DNA of 28,599 nucleotides from a virus. Its lineage: Duplodnaviria; Caudoviricetes. The stretch spans positions 1 to 28,599 of IMG/VR virus record IMGVR_UViG_3300020042_004305; one strand, given 5' to 3'. The notes beneath the pieces were generated by a model, which ran no database searches, was not told the DNA's origin, and saw only the letters and a list, made by a program, of their open reading frames with translations. The position numbers and the translations under genes are program-made. Of this stretch, positions 1 to 7,864 are shown piece by piece (the stretch's first letter is position 1; every line of letters begins with the position of its first letter).

Positions 1-2
1 AA

Positions 3-239
3 AGTAGCATTGAGTGGTTGGTTGAACAAATCAAAAAAGACATCAATTTGAGATTGAGAGGATTTGATATTGACAAAGCACTTGAACAAGCCGAAGCAAT
101 GCGAAAGGATGAAATTAAAAATGCTCAAATGGATATGTTTATTCATCTTAATAATTTGCCTTATGGTTTAGAATATCTTGAAAAACGACAAAGTGCAGAA
201 GATTTTTCACAACAATACTACAACGAAACCTACAAATGA
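3..239 (+). CDS. Small phage hypothetical protein, 5'-truncated
   Basis: The frame is open to the window edge (SSIEWLVEQIKK...). Its stop overlaps the next ATG (ATGA 236-239). Confidence 0.75.
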   Translation, partial: SSIEWLVEQIKKDINLRLRGFDIDKALEQAEAMRKDEIKNAQMDMFIHLNNLPYGLEYLEKRQSAEDFSQQYYNETYK

Positions 240-448
240 TTAAAATAGTGGTACACGATAAGGAATGGTTCATTGACCGCATTGGGAAAAGGATTTACAG
301 AGAAAAAAATGTCTGTAATTGCGAAGTGTGTACCACCATTCACAAAGAAGGATTAATCATCACCGATGAGCAACACGCCAATTATTTATACGATTGTCAG
401 GAATTAGATTTAATTTACTATGAAAACACCAATAGAAAGATTCGTTGA
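236..448 (+). CDS. Hypothetical protein with CxCxxC motif
   Basis: 70-aa ORF, ATGA-coupled to the upstream gene; contains CNCEVC. Confidence 0.7.
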   Translation: MIKIVVHDKEWFIDRIGKRIYREKNVCNCEVCTTIHKEGLIITDEQHANYLYDCQELDLIYYENTNRKIR

Positions 449-590
449 GTGGTTAGAAGAAAACCACCCCACCGCAGTACCAGGACCCGAAGTGATTCAC
501 CACCTGAAACGATTAGAACAAATGGACCAACAAATGGCATACAACGCTGGTTTTACAAAAGCGAAATCTCTTTACTTAGACGCAGAATGA
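420..590 (+). CDS. Hypothetical 56-aa protein, absent from the ORF track
   Basis: Hand translation: MKTPIERFVEWLEENHPTAVPGPEVIHHLKRLEQMDQQMAYNAGFTKAKSLYLDAE. TGA 588-590 overlaps the HNH ATG at 587. The VEWL motif resembles the first ORF. Confidence 0.75.
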   Translation: MKTPIERFVEWLEENHPTAVPGPEVIHHLKRLEQMDQQMAYNAGFTKAKSLYLDAE

Positions 591-850
591 AAAAGCATAC
601 ACAGATTTACATGAAAGCCATGAAGTATGATGTTCATGATTTTATCCCGTGTGAAGTATGTGATAGTAGAGCCGTAGATATACATCATATAGAAGCAAGA
701 GGTATGGGAGGTACAAAAGAAAAAGATGTGATTGATAATTTAATGGCATTGTGTCGAAAATGTCACTTGGAATTTGGAGATATCACAGAATGTAAACCAT
801 ATTTACAAAGAATACATGAAATAAAAATGGACATCAATGGAATACTATGA
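587..850 (+). CDS. HNH endonuclease
   Basis: CEVC...VDIHHI..RGMGG...NLMALCRKCH. Start reassigned from 449 to the coupled ATG at 587. Confidence 0.88.
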   Translation: MKKHTQIYMKAMKYDVHDFIPCEVCDSRAVDIHHIEARGMGGTKEKDVIDNLMALCRKCHLEFGDITECKPYLQRIHEIKMDINGIL

Positions 851-977
851 AATTGCCAAGGCGTATGTAAATGACACGATTGAATATCGTTTGTATCAAA
901 ATGGAATAATTATAGCGCGATTTGAGACCTACGAAGAAGCAGAAGATTTAATGATATTAATGAAGAATGAATCATAA
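837..977 (+). CDS. Hypothetical 46-aa protein, absent from the ORF track
   Basis: MEYYEIAKAYVNDTIEYRLYQNGIIIARFETYEEAEDLMILMKNES fills the gap between HNH and VRR-NUC and overlaps both slightly. Confidence 0.65.
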   Translation: MEYYEIAKAYVNDTIEYRLYQNGIIIARFETYEEAEDLMILMKNES

Positions 978-1368
978 AGAAAGCGATCTACAACAAGCGT
1001 GTGTAAAATGGTTTCGGTTAAAGTATCCAAAATATGCAAAGTTGTTATTTGCAGTTCCAAACGGAGGTGCAAGGTCACCGACTACTGCAAGAATATTAAT
1101 GGGGGAAGGTGTATTGGCGGGAGTAAGTGATTTGTTGTTAATGGTAACGACTATTGATTATATTGGTATGGCTATTGAAATGAAAGTACATCCAAACAAG
1201 TTGACACCCAAGCAAAAAGAATGGTTAGATTTAGTTGAAGAACAAGGATACGAAGTGTTTGTTTGTTATGATTTTGATAGTTTTATTGAAAGAATTGATG
1301 ATTATATGTTTTCGGTAATGTATCCCAATATAGATATATACCTACCAAAAGAAAATGGAACAGATTAA
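967..1368 (+). CDS. VRR-NUC domain nuclease (PD-(D/E)xK fold, resolvase-like)
   Basis: ESDLQ..CVKW, LFAVPNGG, GVSDL, IEMK and LTPKQKEW motifs. Confidence 0.88.
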   Translation: MNHKESDLQQACVKWFRLKYPKYAKLLFAVPNGGARSPTTARILMGEGVLAGVSDLLLMVTTIDYIGMAIEMKVHPNKLTPKQKEWLDLVEEQGYEVFVCYDFDSFIERIDDYMFSVMYPNIDIYLPKENGTD

Positions 1369-1372
1369 TATA

Positions 1373-1410
1373 TTGTAGATGTATTGATAAATATCGTATA
1401 TTTACAAAGT
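1373..1410 (+). promoter_or_regulatory. Putative Bacteroidota-type -33/-7 promoter upstream of the sigma gene
   Basis: TTG 1373-1375, 21-nt spacer, TATATTTA 1397-1404, then CAAAGT. The same motif occurs at 4276 and 7837. Confidence 0.55.
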
Positions 1411-1417
1411 AAAAAAA

Positions 1418-2026
1418 GTGATAACTCTTGACGATGTTGCCAAACGCCATATTGAATGGATTAAAATATGCAAATATGTTGGTGCAAAGCCAGATGAAAT
1501 TGGTGACATTATTCAAACCATGTATTTAAAGTTAGCAGAAATACAAATCAGAGAAGGATCGTTGGAAAGGTTTGTAAATTACAATGGAACTATAAACACA
1601 ATGTACATTTTTAAATTGTTGCATAGTGCGTTTATAGACATCAAACGGGCGGAAAACAAGACAATACCACACCAAGACCAATTTAACCCAGTAGAAAGCC
1701 CAGAAATGGCTGAAATGGCCCACATGGACTTAATGGGTGATGTAAAAAAAGCAATTGATGACCTTCGGGATTATGACCAAATGTTATTGGAACTACATTT
1801 TGTGTACGGACATAGCATGAGAGATATTGAAAAGAAAACTGGCATACCTACTCACTCGGTATTTAATTCTATTAAGAATGCTAAGCAATTTATTAAACAA
1901 AGAACAATTATAAAATACCAAATTTATGCAGAAGAAAAACGAAACACGGAAGAAATTGACAGAATCACGCCCATCAATAGGATTGGGGGATACGATTCAG
2001 AAAGTGACGAAAGCCACGGGGATTGA
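1418..2026 (+). CDS. Phage ECF-like RNA polymerase sigma factor (regions 2 and 4)
   Basis: GTG start. GDIIQTMYLKL resembles region 2 (D-x-x-Q). AIDDLRDYDQMLLELHFVYGHSMRDIEKKTGIPTHSVFNSIKNAK is a region-4 HTH. Confidence 0.8.
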   Translation: MITLDDVAKRHIEWIKICKYVGAKPDEIGDIIQTMYLKLAEIQIREGSLERFVNYNGTINTMYIFKLLHSAFIDIKRAENKTIPHQDQFNPVESPEMAEMAHMDLMGDVKKAIDDLRDYDQMLLELHFVYGHSMRDIEKKTGIPTHSVFNSIKNAKQFIKQRTIIKYQIYAEEKRNTEEIDRITPINRIGGYDSESDESHGD

Positions 2027-2324
2027 AAAAATGGTCAAGTTTATTAGTGGTGAAGATTGCGGTTGTGAAGAACGCAAAGAAAAATTAAACAATTTGTTTA
2101 GATACAAAAAGCCGTTGTGTTTAACTGAAGATGAATATCATTGGTTTCAGCATTTTAAAGTTGTCAATAATACTACTCTTAATGCGGAGGAAGCGGGTAA
2201 AATTTCTGCTATATGGTCACGGATATTCCAAGCAAAGGTTTTGTATAGGCCATGCAGTTGCAATCCAAGAGAATGGCAGAAAATGATTAATGAAATAACA
2301 ATTGTATTCAATACCTATGAGTAG
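1926..2324 (+). CDS. Phage hypothetical protein, Cys-rich
   Basis: GLGDTI.KVTKATGI...DCGCEERKEKLN and a C-terminal PCSC. Overlaps the end of the sigma ORF by about 100 nt. Confidence 0.75.
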   Translation: MQKKNETRKKLTESRPSIGLGDTIQKVTKATGIEKMVKFISGEDCGCEERKEKLNNLFRYKKPLCLTEDEYHWFQHFKVVNNTTLNAEEAGKISAIWSRIFQAKVLYRPCSCNPREWQKMINEITIVFNTYE

Positions 2325-2976
2325 TCCATTAAGAACCGAATCGGTAAAGTTGTCGTTGATTAAACCGAATCCAAGTAATCCAAGATTTATACGCGACCAT
2401 AAATTCAAAAAACTTGTAAGAAGCATCAAAGATTTCCCGCAAATGTTGGAGATTAGACCAATTGTTGTCAATGATGATATGGTTGTATTGGGTGGTAATA
2501 TGAGATTAAAGGCATTAAAAGAATGTGGTTATGAATATGTACCAATTATTAAAGTCAGTGAATTGACCGAGGAACAACAAAAAGAATTTATTGTAAAAGA
2601 TAACATTGCATTTGGAGAATGGGATATTGATGTATTGGCTAATGAGTATGACCTCAACAAATTAATGGAATGGGGAATGTCGTCACAAGATATCCATTTG
2701 CAAAACATTGAAGAAATGTTAAGTGAAGAAGATTATGACAACGATCCGATTTATCCGTTGGCACCCAGAATGAGTGAAAAGCACGATTATGTAATGATAT
2801 TGGTTGATAATGAAATTGAATATGCTTTTATGAAGACATTTTTTAATTTGTCAAATCAATCAGATTACAAATCTGGTAAGGTTGGTCAAGGTCGAGTAAT
2901 AACATTTGAAGCATTTAAAAAAATCATAGATGAAAGAAGTGGTAAAGTTGATAATATTAAGCCACAAAAGGCCTAA
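2317..2976 (+). CDS. ParB/Sulfiredoxin N-terminal domain protein
   Basis: KPNPSNPR, RPIVVNDDMVVLGGNMRLKA and KDN..FGEWD. ATG 2317 preferred over TTG 2302. Confidence 0.88.
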   Translation: MSSPLRTESVKLSLIKPNPSNPRFIRDHKFKKLVRSIKDFPQMLEIRPIVVNDDMVVLGGNMRLKALKECGYEYVPIIKVSELTEEQQKEFIVKDNIAFGEWDIDVLANEYDLNKLMEWGMSSQDIHLQNIEEMLSEEDYDNDPIYPLAPRMSEKHDYVMILVDNEIEYAFMKTFFNLSNQSDYKSGKVGQGRVITFEAFKKIIDERSGKVDNIKPQKA

Positions 2977-3685
2977 TAATGTAGATACAATAAAGACGAT
3001 TGCAAATTGTTCTTTGTGTGTTACTGAAAGTCAAGCAAATGAATATGCTGATGGTAACCCAGACATTGAATTGATTATACACCCAGATAATGTGATTGGA
3101 TTAAGTGCTAAAATGCGATGGGTTCACCAGAATTATCCCAATTGTGTAATGTTGGATGATGATTTGAATGCTATGAGTAGGACATATGTAGACAAAAATT
3201 TCGAGGAAAAAACAAAAGTTGACAGAGAAACGGCTTATGATATTATTCAATCGACTGCATTTACGGCAAAAGAAGCGGGATGTATGATGTTTGGGTTTAG
3301 CAATACTGCAAGACCCGTAGATTATTCACCGATGAAACCAATTTATATGAGTGGGTTTGCAATTGGTGGAAGTATGGGTTTTTTTGAAGGATTTAAAATG
3401 GTTCTACCAGATGAATGTGTAAGTGCATGTGATTTCTTTGTAAGCGGAGTAAGTGCATATTTCCATAGAAAAACATTTATTAACCATAGGTATGCTTTCA
3501 CCAGTAAGGATGGCACATTTGAAAGTGTCGGAGGTATGGCAGATGCAAGAACCATAGAAACAGAAAAGAATGATTATTTCTTATTGAAAGAATATTTTGG
3601 TAGTGCAGTAACAAAGAAAAAAGTAACCAACATGAGAAAGAATTTGCAGAATCCATGGGAACGTACATTAAGAGTGCCGTATTAA
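2930..3685 (+). CDS. TAGT/GREB1-like GT-A fold glycosyltransferase, putative DNA-base glycosyltransferase
   Basis: N-terminal IILSHKRP, metal-binding VMLDDD and C-terminal GGM...R. Lies in a ParB-terminase locus. Confidence 0.72.
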   Translation: MKEVVKLIILSHKRPNNVDTIKTIANCSLCVTESQANEYADGNPDIELIIHPDNVIGLSAKMRWVHQNYPNCVMLDDDLNAMSRTYVDKNFEEKTKVDRETAYDIIQSTAFTAKEAGCMMFGFSNTARPVDYSPMKPIYMSGFAIGGSMGFFEGFKMVLPDECVSACDFFVSGVSAYFHRKTFINHRYAFTSKDGTFESVGGMADARTIETEKNDYFLLKEYFGSAVTKKKVTNMRKNLQNPWERTLRVPY

Positions 3686-3686
3686 T

Positions 3687-4259
3687 ATGAAAAACACAGA
3701 ATTTTACAAAGACAAGTTAGATACTGAAACCAGTACTATTAAGCAAGTTGGATGGGAAAACGAGTTAAAAGCTATCAAAAGGTATCAAAGAATTGCCTCA
3801 ATGGTTGATGATTATGCCTTAGTTGTTGACTATGGATGTGGTTTGGGTGAGTTGAGTAAATATTTAAGTCATGGTTATATTGGCATAGATGTTCAAACAG
3901 AATATGTTAATGAAGCAAGAATTTTACACCCAGACAAAATATTTATGGAAACTGATGGATATGGTCATATACCTTTATGTGATGTTTGTGTAAATGTTGG
4001 AGTATGGACATTAAATAATGATATGAGCAATCAGCATTTTTGGGAAAAGATAAAAGATGAAGTAGTAAATATTATGGATGCTACTGATTTGTTAATAGTA
4101 AATGGATTCCATAATGGTTGTAATCAAATGGATCCCAAGTTGTATTATCACGACATGGCTAATTGGTTTAAATTGTGTAATGATAATGGTTATATCATGG
4201 AAACGGAAATGTTTAGCAAGTATGAATTTATAATGACAATCAAAAAACAAATTTGGTAA
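3687..4259 (+). CDS. Class I SAM-dependent methyltransferase
   Basis: Motif I VVDYGCGLG and YIGIDV. No DPPY/NPPY or PC motif of DNA methyltransferases. Confidence 0.85.
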   Translation: MKNTEFYKDKLDTETSTIKQVGWENELKAIKRYQRIASMVDDYALVVDYGCGLGELSKYLSHGYIGIDVQTEYVNEARILHPDKIFMETDGYGHIPLCDVCVNVGVWTLNNDMSNQHFWEKIKDEVVNIMDATDLLIVNGFHNGCNQMDPKLYYHDMANWFKLCNDNGYIMETEMFSKYEFIMTIKKQIW

Positions 4260-4295
4260 TTCAATATTTTTATTGTATATTTACAAAGTCAAATA
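4252..4295 (+). promoter_or_regulatory. Putative Bacteroidota-type -33/-7 promoter
   Basis: TTTG 4252-4255, 20-nt spacer, TATATTTA 4276-4283, then CAAAGTCAAATA. Occupies the only sizeable intergenic gap of the cluster. Confidence 0.65.
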
Positions 4296-4309
4296 TATAA
4301 AAAACAGAT

Positions 4310-4927
4310 ATGAGTTACCCATTATTTACCAAAGGAGGCTATTCGTTTTATCATGCAACGAGTGCATTTCAAAAATTTATTAGACGAGGTATGGAGCATG
4401 AAGCTCTATATTTCGGTACTGAACTTTATTTATCCAACTACGAGGAGTATGTATGGTTTAGGATGCGAGTTATGGTGTCAGAGGATATTGGCTTAGCAAT
4501 GCCATATCTTCCAGCACAGATTGATGCACTCTATAATACCTATACAGAATTCAAGAAGAAAAAAAATAAGCATTGTCCAGAGAAGTTACCATTTTGCCAT
4601 GCTATTATGTTGTTGGTAAGAAGTCAAAAATCAAGATTAGTTGATAATAAACTATGTTACTATTTTGACTTAAGAGACACCCAAGAAAAACTTACCTTGC
4701 CAGATTTTGTATTTGATATGCATACAATTGAGGGCAGAATAAAAAAACGAGGCAATGACCATTTCTATGAAGAATCTGCTAAAATCACTAATGAAAATAC
4801 TTCTATTTGTCCAGACGAATATGAATTTAGAGATTTTGTATGGAATTTGTATCAGCAACGTGACAAAGGTAAAAAATCAATTGATAGCGAAGATGACCCA
4901 GAACAACAAGAAATAAAATTTGAATGA
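4310..4927 (+). CDS. Stand-alone RarA/MgsA C-terminal-like helical protein without the AAA+ ATPase domain
   Basis: SAFQKFIRRG..EALYF...RMRVMVSEDIGLA...KSR matches the RarA SA-x-x-KS-x-RG / SEDIG / KS signature. No Walker A. Confidence 0.72.
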   Translation: MSYPLFTKGGYSFYHATSAFQKFIRRGMEHEALYFGTELYLSNYEEYVWFRMRVMVSEDIGLAMPYLPAQIDALYNTYTEFKKKKNKHCPEKLPFCHAIMLLVRSQKSRLVDNKLCYYFDLRDTQEKLTLPDFVFDMHTIEGRIKKRGNDHFYEESAKITNENTSICPDEYEFRDFVWNLYQQRDKGKKSIDSEDDPEQQEIKFE

Positions 4928-5577
4928 TAAATATTGACAGATTAATGGTAATTGTAGCACATCCAGATGATGAGGTGTTGGGGTGTGCGGGATTAATATG
5001 CCATTTAATCAAGAATAAAAAAAAAGTACATGTGTTGTATTTGAATCAAGGGAACACATTTAATAAAAATGTTGAAGATGTCAAAGGACAATCAGCCAAG
5101 GTATGCGAGTACTTTGGTTGTTCTTATGATATGGAAAACTATGACACGGCGAGGTTTAATGAGTATCCAGATGTTGAGTTAAACAATTGCATCAACAAAC
5201 ATGTTAAAAAATTTAAGCCAGATGCAGTCATTACTCACATTGCAAATGATTTGCACAAGGATCACCAAGTTGTTTCTAATGCAGTAATGATTTGCAGTAG
5301 GTATATGCCTAATAGTACAATAAAACATGTACTTACAATGCCAATCATAAGTTCAAGCGAGATTAACCCCAGTTTTGATTTTACCCCGAATTTGTTTTTA
5401 GACATTGGAGATTACGTTTTGAACAAGATAAATGCTATGCAATTTTATAGTGTTGAATATTCTAAATTTAAAGAATTGCGAGGAGAAGATGGAATCAAAG
5501 GATGGGCGAGATTTTATGGTATGCATATTAATGTGCAATATGCCGAAGGATACAAACTAATAAGGAGCGTATTTTGA
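4924..5577 (+). CDS. PIG-L/LmbE family N-acetylhexosamine deacetylase
   Basis: VAHPDDEVLG and HKDH zinc motifs, PD.VITH, and C-terminal YAEGY. Confidence 0.93.
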   Translation: MINIDRLMVIVAHPDDEVLGCAGLICHLIKNKKKVHVLYLNQGNTFNKNVEDVKGQSAKVCEYFGCSYDMENYDTARFNEYPDVELNNCINKHVKKFKPDAVITHIANDLHKDHQVVSNAVMICSRYMPNSTIKHVLTMPIISSSEINPSFDFTPNLFLDIGDYVLNKINAMQFYSVEYSKFKELRGEDGIKGWARFYGMHINVQYAEGYKLIRSVF

Positions 5578-6227
5578 AAGCAATGATTAGTCAGCCGAGG
5601 TACATGCCAAGTTTATCCTATTTGCGAAGAATCCAAATGGTTGATAAATTTGTTATTCTGGATAATGTTCAAAGAGTAGCTCGAGGATTTGAAAACAGAA
5701 ACAAGTTAGTAGACAATCAAGGCAAAGAACATTGGGTCAGTATTCCCATAGAAAGTAGCACAAGGACCTTAATTAAAGATACCAAAATTTTCGGAAAGGA
5801 ATGGACCAAAGAACACAAGGCAAAGATTAGTCAATGGTATGGTAAAGACATAGCAGAGATGTATTCACAAATGATTACAGATTCGGATGATTACAGAACA
5901 TTGCTTGTATACCAACTGAAAGCAATTTGTAAGTTAATGAACATACAAACGGAGATAGTACAAGCAAGTGATTACAAAAAAGAATTAGATGGAGGGATCG
6001 ATGAATTAATTGAACTCACAAAATTAGTAGATTGCGATGTATATGTTTCTGGAAACACTTGTTTGACATACGGATTAGATTATGATTATGCAAATAAGCA
6101 TGGTATCCAATTAGAAATAGATCATGTTAGTGGTATTCACTATGGATTTATACACGATTTGGCATTAAAAGGTATCGATTATTGTATAGAATACATACAT
6201 AACCCACAATATAAAAAAGATGTTTAA
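5574..6227 (+). CDS. WbqC-like family protein (putative aminoacyl/glycyl transferase)
   Basis: QPRYMP.L.Y, DKFVILDNVQ, FENRNK, W.SIP and YVSG. The TTG start overlaps the PIG-L stop (TTGA). Confidence 0.85.
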   Translation: MKAMISQPRYMPSLSYLRRIQMVDKFVILDNVQRVARGFENRNKLVDNQGKEHWVSIPIESSTRTLIKDTKIFGKEWTKEHKAKISQWYGKDIAEMYSQMITDSDDYRTLLVYQLKAICKLMNIQTEIVQASDYKKELDGGIDELIELTKLVDCDVYVSGNTCLTYGLDYDYANKHGIQLEIDHVSGIHYGFIHDLALKGIDYCIEYIHNPQYKKDV

Positions 6228-6621
6228 AACAGGACACGACCCAGCAAGGGATAAGGCAACAGAAGTAAAGAAAAGTAAAATGGAAAAAAGAAAGCAAGAT
6301 TTCCTTGATTTGTTTGACCAAAAGGCAAATAATATCATGTTAACGTGTAGGGCCATTGGTATAGATAGAGCCACATACTACCAATGGTATAGAGAAGATG
6401 ATGAGTTTAAAGAAAAGGTTGAACACCTCAACGAAGGACAAATTGATTTTGCAGAAACGGCATTAAAGAAACAGATACAAGATGGCAATATAACTGCAAT
6501 TATATTTTTCCTCAAAACAAAAGGTAGGAATAGGGGTTACGTTGAACGTACTGAATTAGTAGGTACGGGTATAGATAATAGAATACAAATCGAGATTATT
6601 GATGCAAACCCTACAAACTAA
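6220..6621 (+). CDS. terS: Terminase small subunit (HTH)
   Basis: CRAIGIDRATYYQW HTH and AIIFFLKTKGRNRGYVER. Directly upstream of terL. Confidence 0.8.
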   Translation: MFKTGHDPARDKATEVKKSKMEKRKQDFLDLFDQKANNIMLTCRAIGIDRATYYQWYREDDEFKEKVEHLNEGQIDFAETALKKQIQDGNITAIIFFLKTKGRNRGYVERTELVGTGIDNRIQIEIIDANPTN

Positions 6622-7762
6622 TGTTGTATTTAAGCATTTACAAACCAGCAATGCAAGAATAATTGTAGAGCAAGGGGGTACTCGTAGCGGTAAGACCTAT
6701 AATATATTGATGTGGTTAATTTTTGACTATTGTCATAACAACAATAAGAAGATTGTTTCAATTGTACGAAAGTCATTTCCAGCATTGAGAGGTACAGTAA
6801 TGCGTGATTTTTTTGAAATACTTGTAAATGTTGGTTTGTATAGTGAAGATTACCACAACAAAAGTGTAAACGAATATAGGTTGCTTGGAAATACAATTGA
6901 ATTCCTTTCAGTAGATGACCCTCAAAAAGTAAGGGGAAGGAAAAGAGATGTGTTATTTGTAAACGAAGCCAATGAATTAACTCTTGAAGATTATCGTCAG
7001 TTAATGATGAGGACTACAAGTAAGATAATATTGGATTACAACCCATCGGAAGAATTCCATTGGATTTATGACCATGTATTAATACGAGATGATTGTGAAT
7101 TTTTTAGGACAACATACCTTGATAACCCATTTTTGGAGGAATCATTGATAGGAGAAATTGAAAAGTTAAAGAATATAGATGAAAACTACTGGAATGTATA
7201 CGGATTAGGTAATAGGGGGCAATCAAGGTCACTTGTTTTTAGTTTTATAGAAGTAGATACTATACCACCAACTGCTAAGTTTATGTCATACGGGATGGAC
7301 TTTGGGTATTCTAATGACCCGACTACATTAATTGCTATGTATTTAGACAATGAAAATCTTTATTTTGATGAGTTGATTTATCAAACTGGTATGACTAATA
7401 GCGATTTGGGTAACATGCTTAAGTCACTGGACATAGACAGAAGGGATGTAATTTGGGGAGATTCAGCCGAGCCAAAAACAATTGCAGAGTTACACAGATT
7501 TGGATTCAATGTAAAGGGAACTGCAAAAGGGGCGGATTCTATAAATGTAGGGATAGATATGATGAGAAGATACACTATTTGTTTAACCAAGAGATCCTTG
7601 AATATGATTAAAGAGATGAGAAACTACAAGTACATAGAAGATAAAGATGGTAAGTTAACTAACAAGCCGATAGATGCTTTTAACCATGCCATAGATTCTT
7701 GTCGTTATGCTATTTACAACACCTTGTCAAGACCAAACGTAGGTAAGTACTCGATTCGTTAA
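6602..7762 (+). CDS. terL: Terminase large subunit, PBSX/SPP1-like
   Basis: Walker A QGGTRSGKT, Walker B LFVNEANE, DYNP, and nuclease motifs GMDFGYSNDP and NHAIDSCRY. Confidence 0.96.
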   Translation: MQTLQTNVVFKHLQTSNARIIVEQGGTRSGKTYNILMWLIFDYCHNNNKKIVSIVRKSFPALRGTVMRDFFEILVNVGLYSEDYHNKSVNEYRLLGNTIEFLSVDDPQKVRGRKRDVLFVNEANELTLEDYRQLMMRTTSKIILDYNPSEEFHWIYDHVLIRDDCEFFRTTYLDNPFLEESLIGEIEKLKNIDENYWNVYGLGNRGQSRSLVFSFIEVDTIPPTAKFMSYGMDFGYSNDPTTLIAMYLDNENLYFDELIYQTGMTNSDLGNMLKSLDIDRRDVIWGDSAEPKTIAELHRFGFNVKGTAKGADSINVGIDMMRRYTICLTKRSLNMIKEMRNYKYIEDKDGKLTNKPIDAFNHAIDSCRYAIYNTLSRPNVGKYSIR

Positions 7763-7769
7763 TATTGTT

Positions 7770-7789
7770 ATTAGTCATGCATTAGTCAT
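7770..7789. repeat. Tandem 9-bp direct repeat ATTAGTCAT with 11-bp period
   Basis: Copies at 7770-7778 and 7781-7789, in the intergenic region downstream of terL. Confidence 0.6.
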
Positions 7790-7812
7790 ATTTTTGTTGG
7801 TACTATTTTATT

Positions 7813-7856
7813 TTTACAATATTAAAAATATCATCGTATCTTTACATAGTCAAATA
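7813..7856 (+). promoter_or_regulatory. Putative Bacteroidota-type promoter of the accessory cassette
   Basis: TTTA 7813-7816, 20-nt spacer, TATCTTTA 7837-7844, then CATAGTCAAATA. Near-copy of the 4276 site. Confidence 0.6.
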
Positions 7857-7864
7857 AAAACACT

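Noticed and set aside
449-586. N-terminal extension of the HNH ORF
   Set aside because: It overlaps the more plausible 420..590 gene, and the ATGA coupling points to a start at 587.
3687-4259. Calling the methyltransferase a DNA adenine or cytosine methylase
   Set aside because: No (D/N/S)PP(Y/F) or PC catalytic motif; it looks like a small-molecule or sugar methyltransferase.
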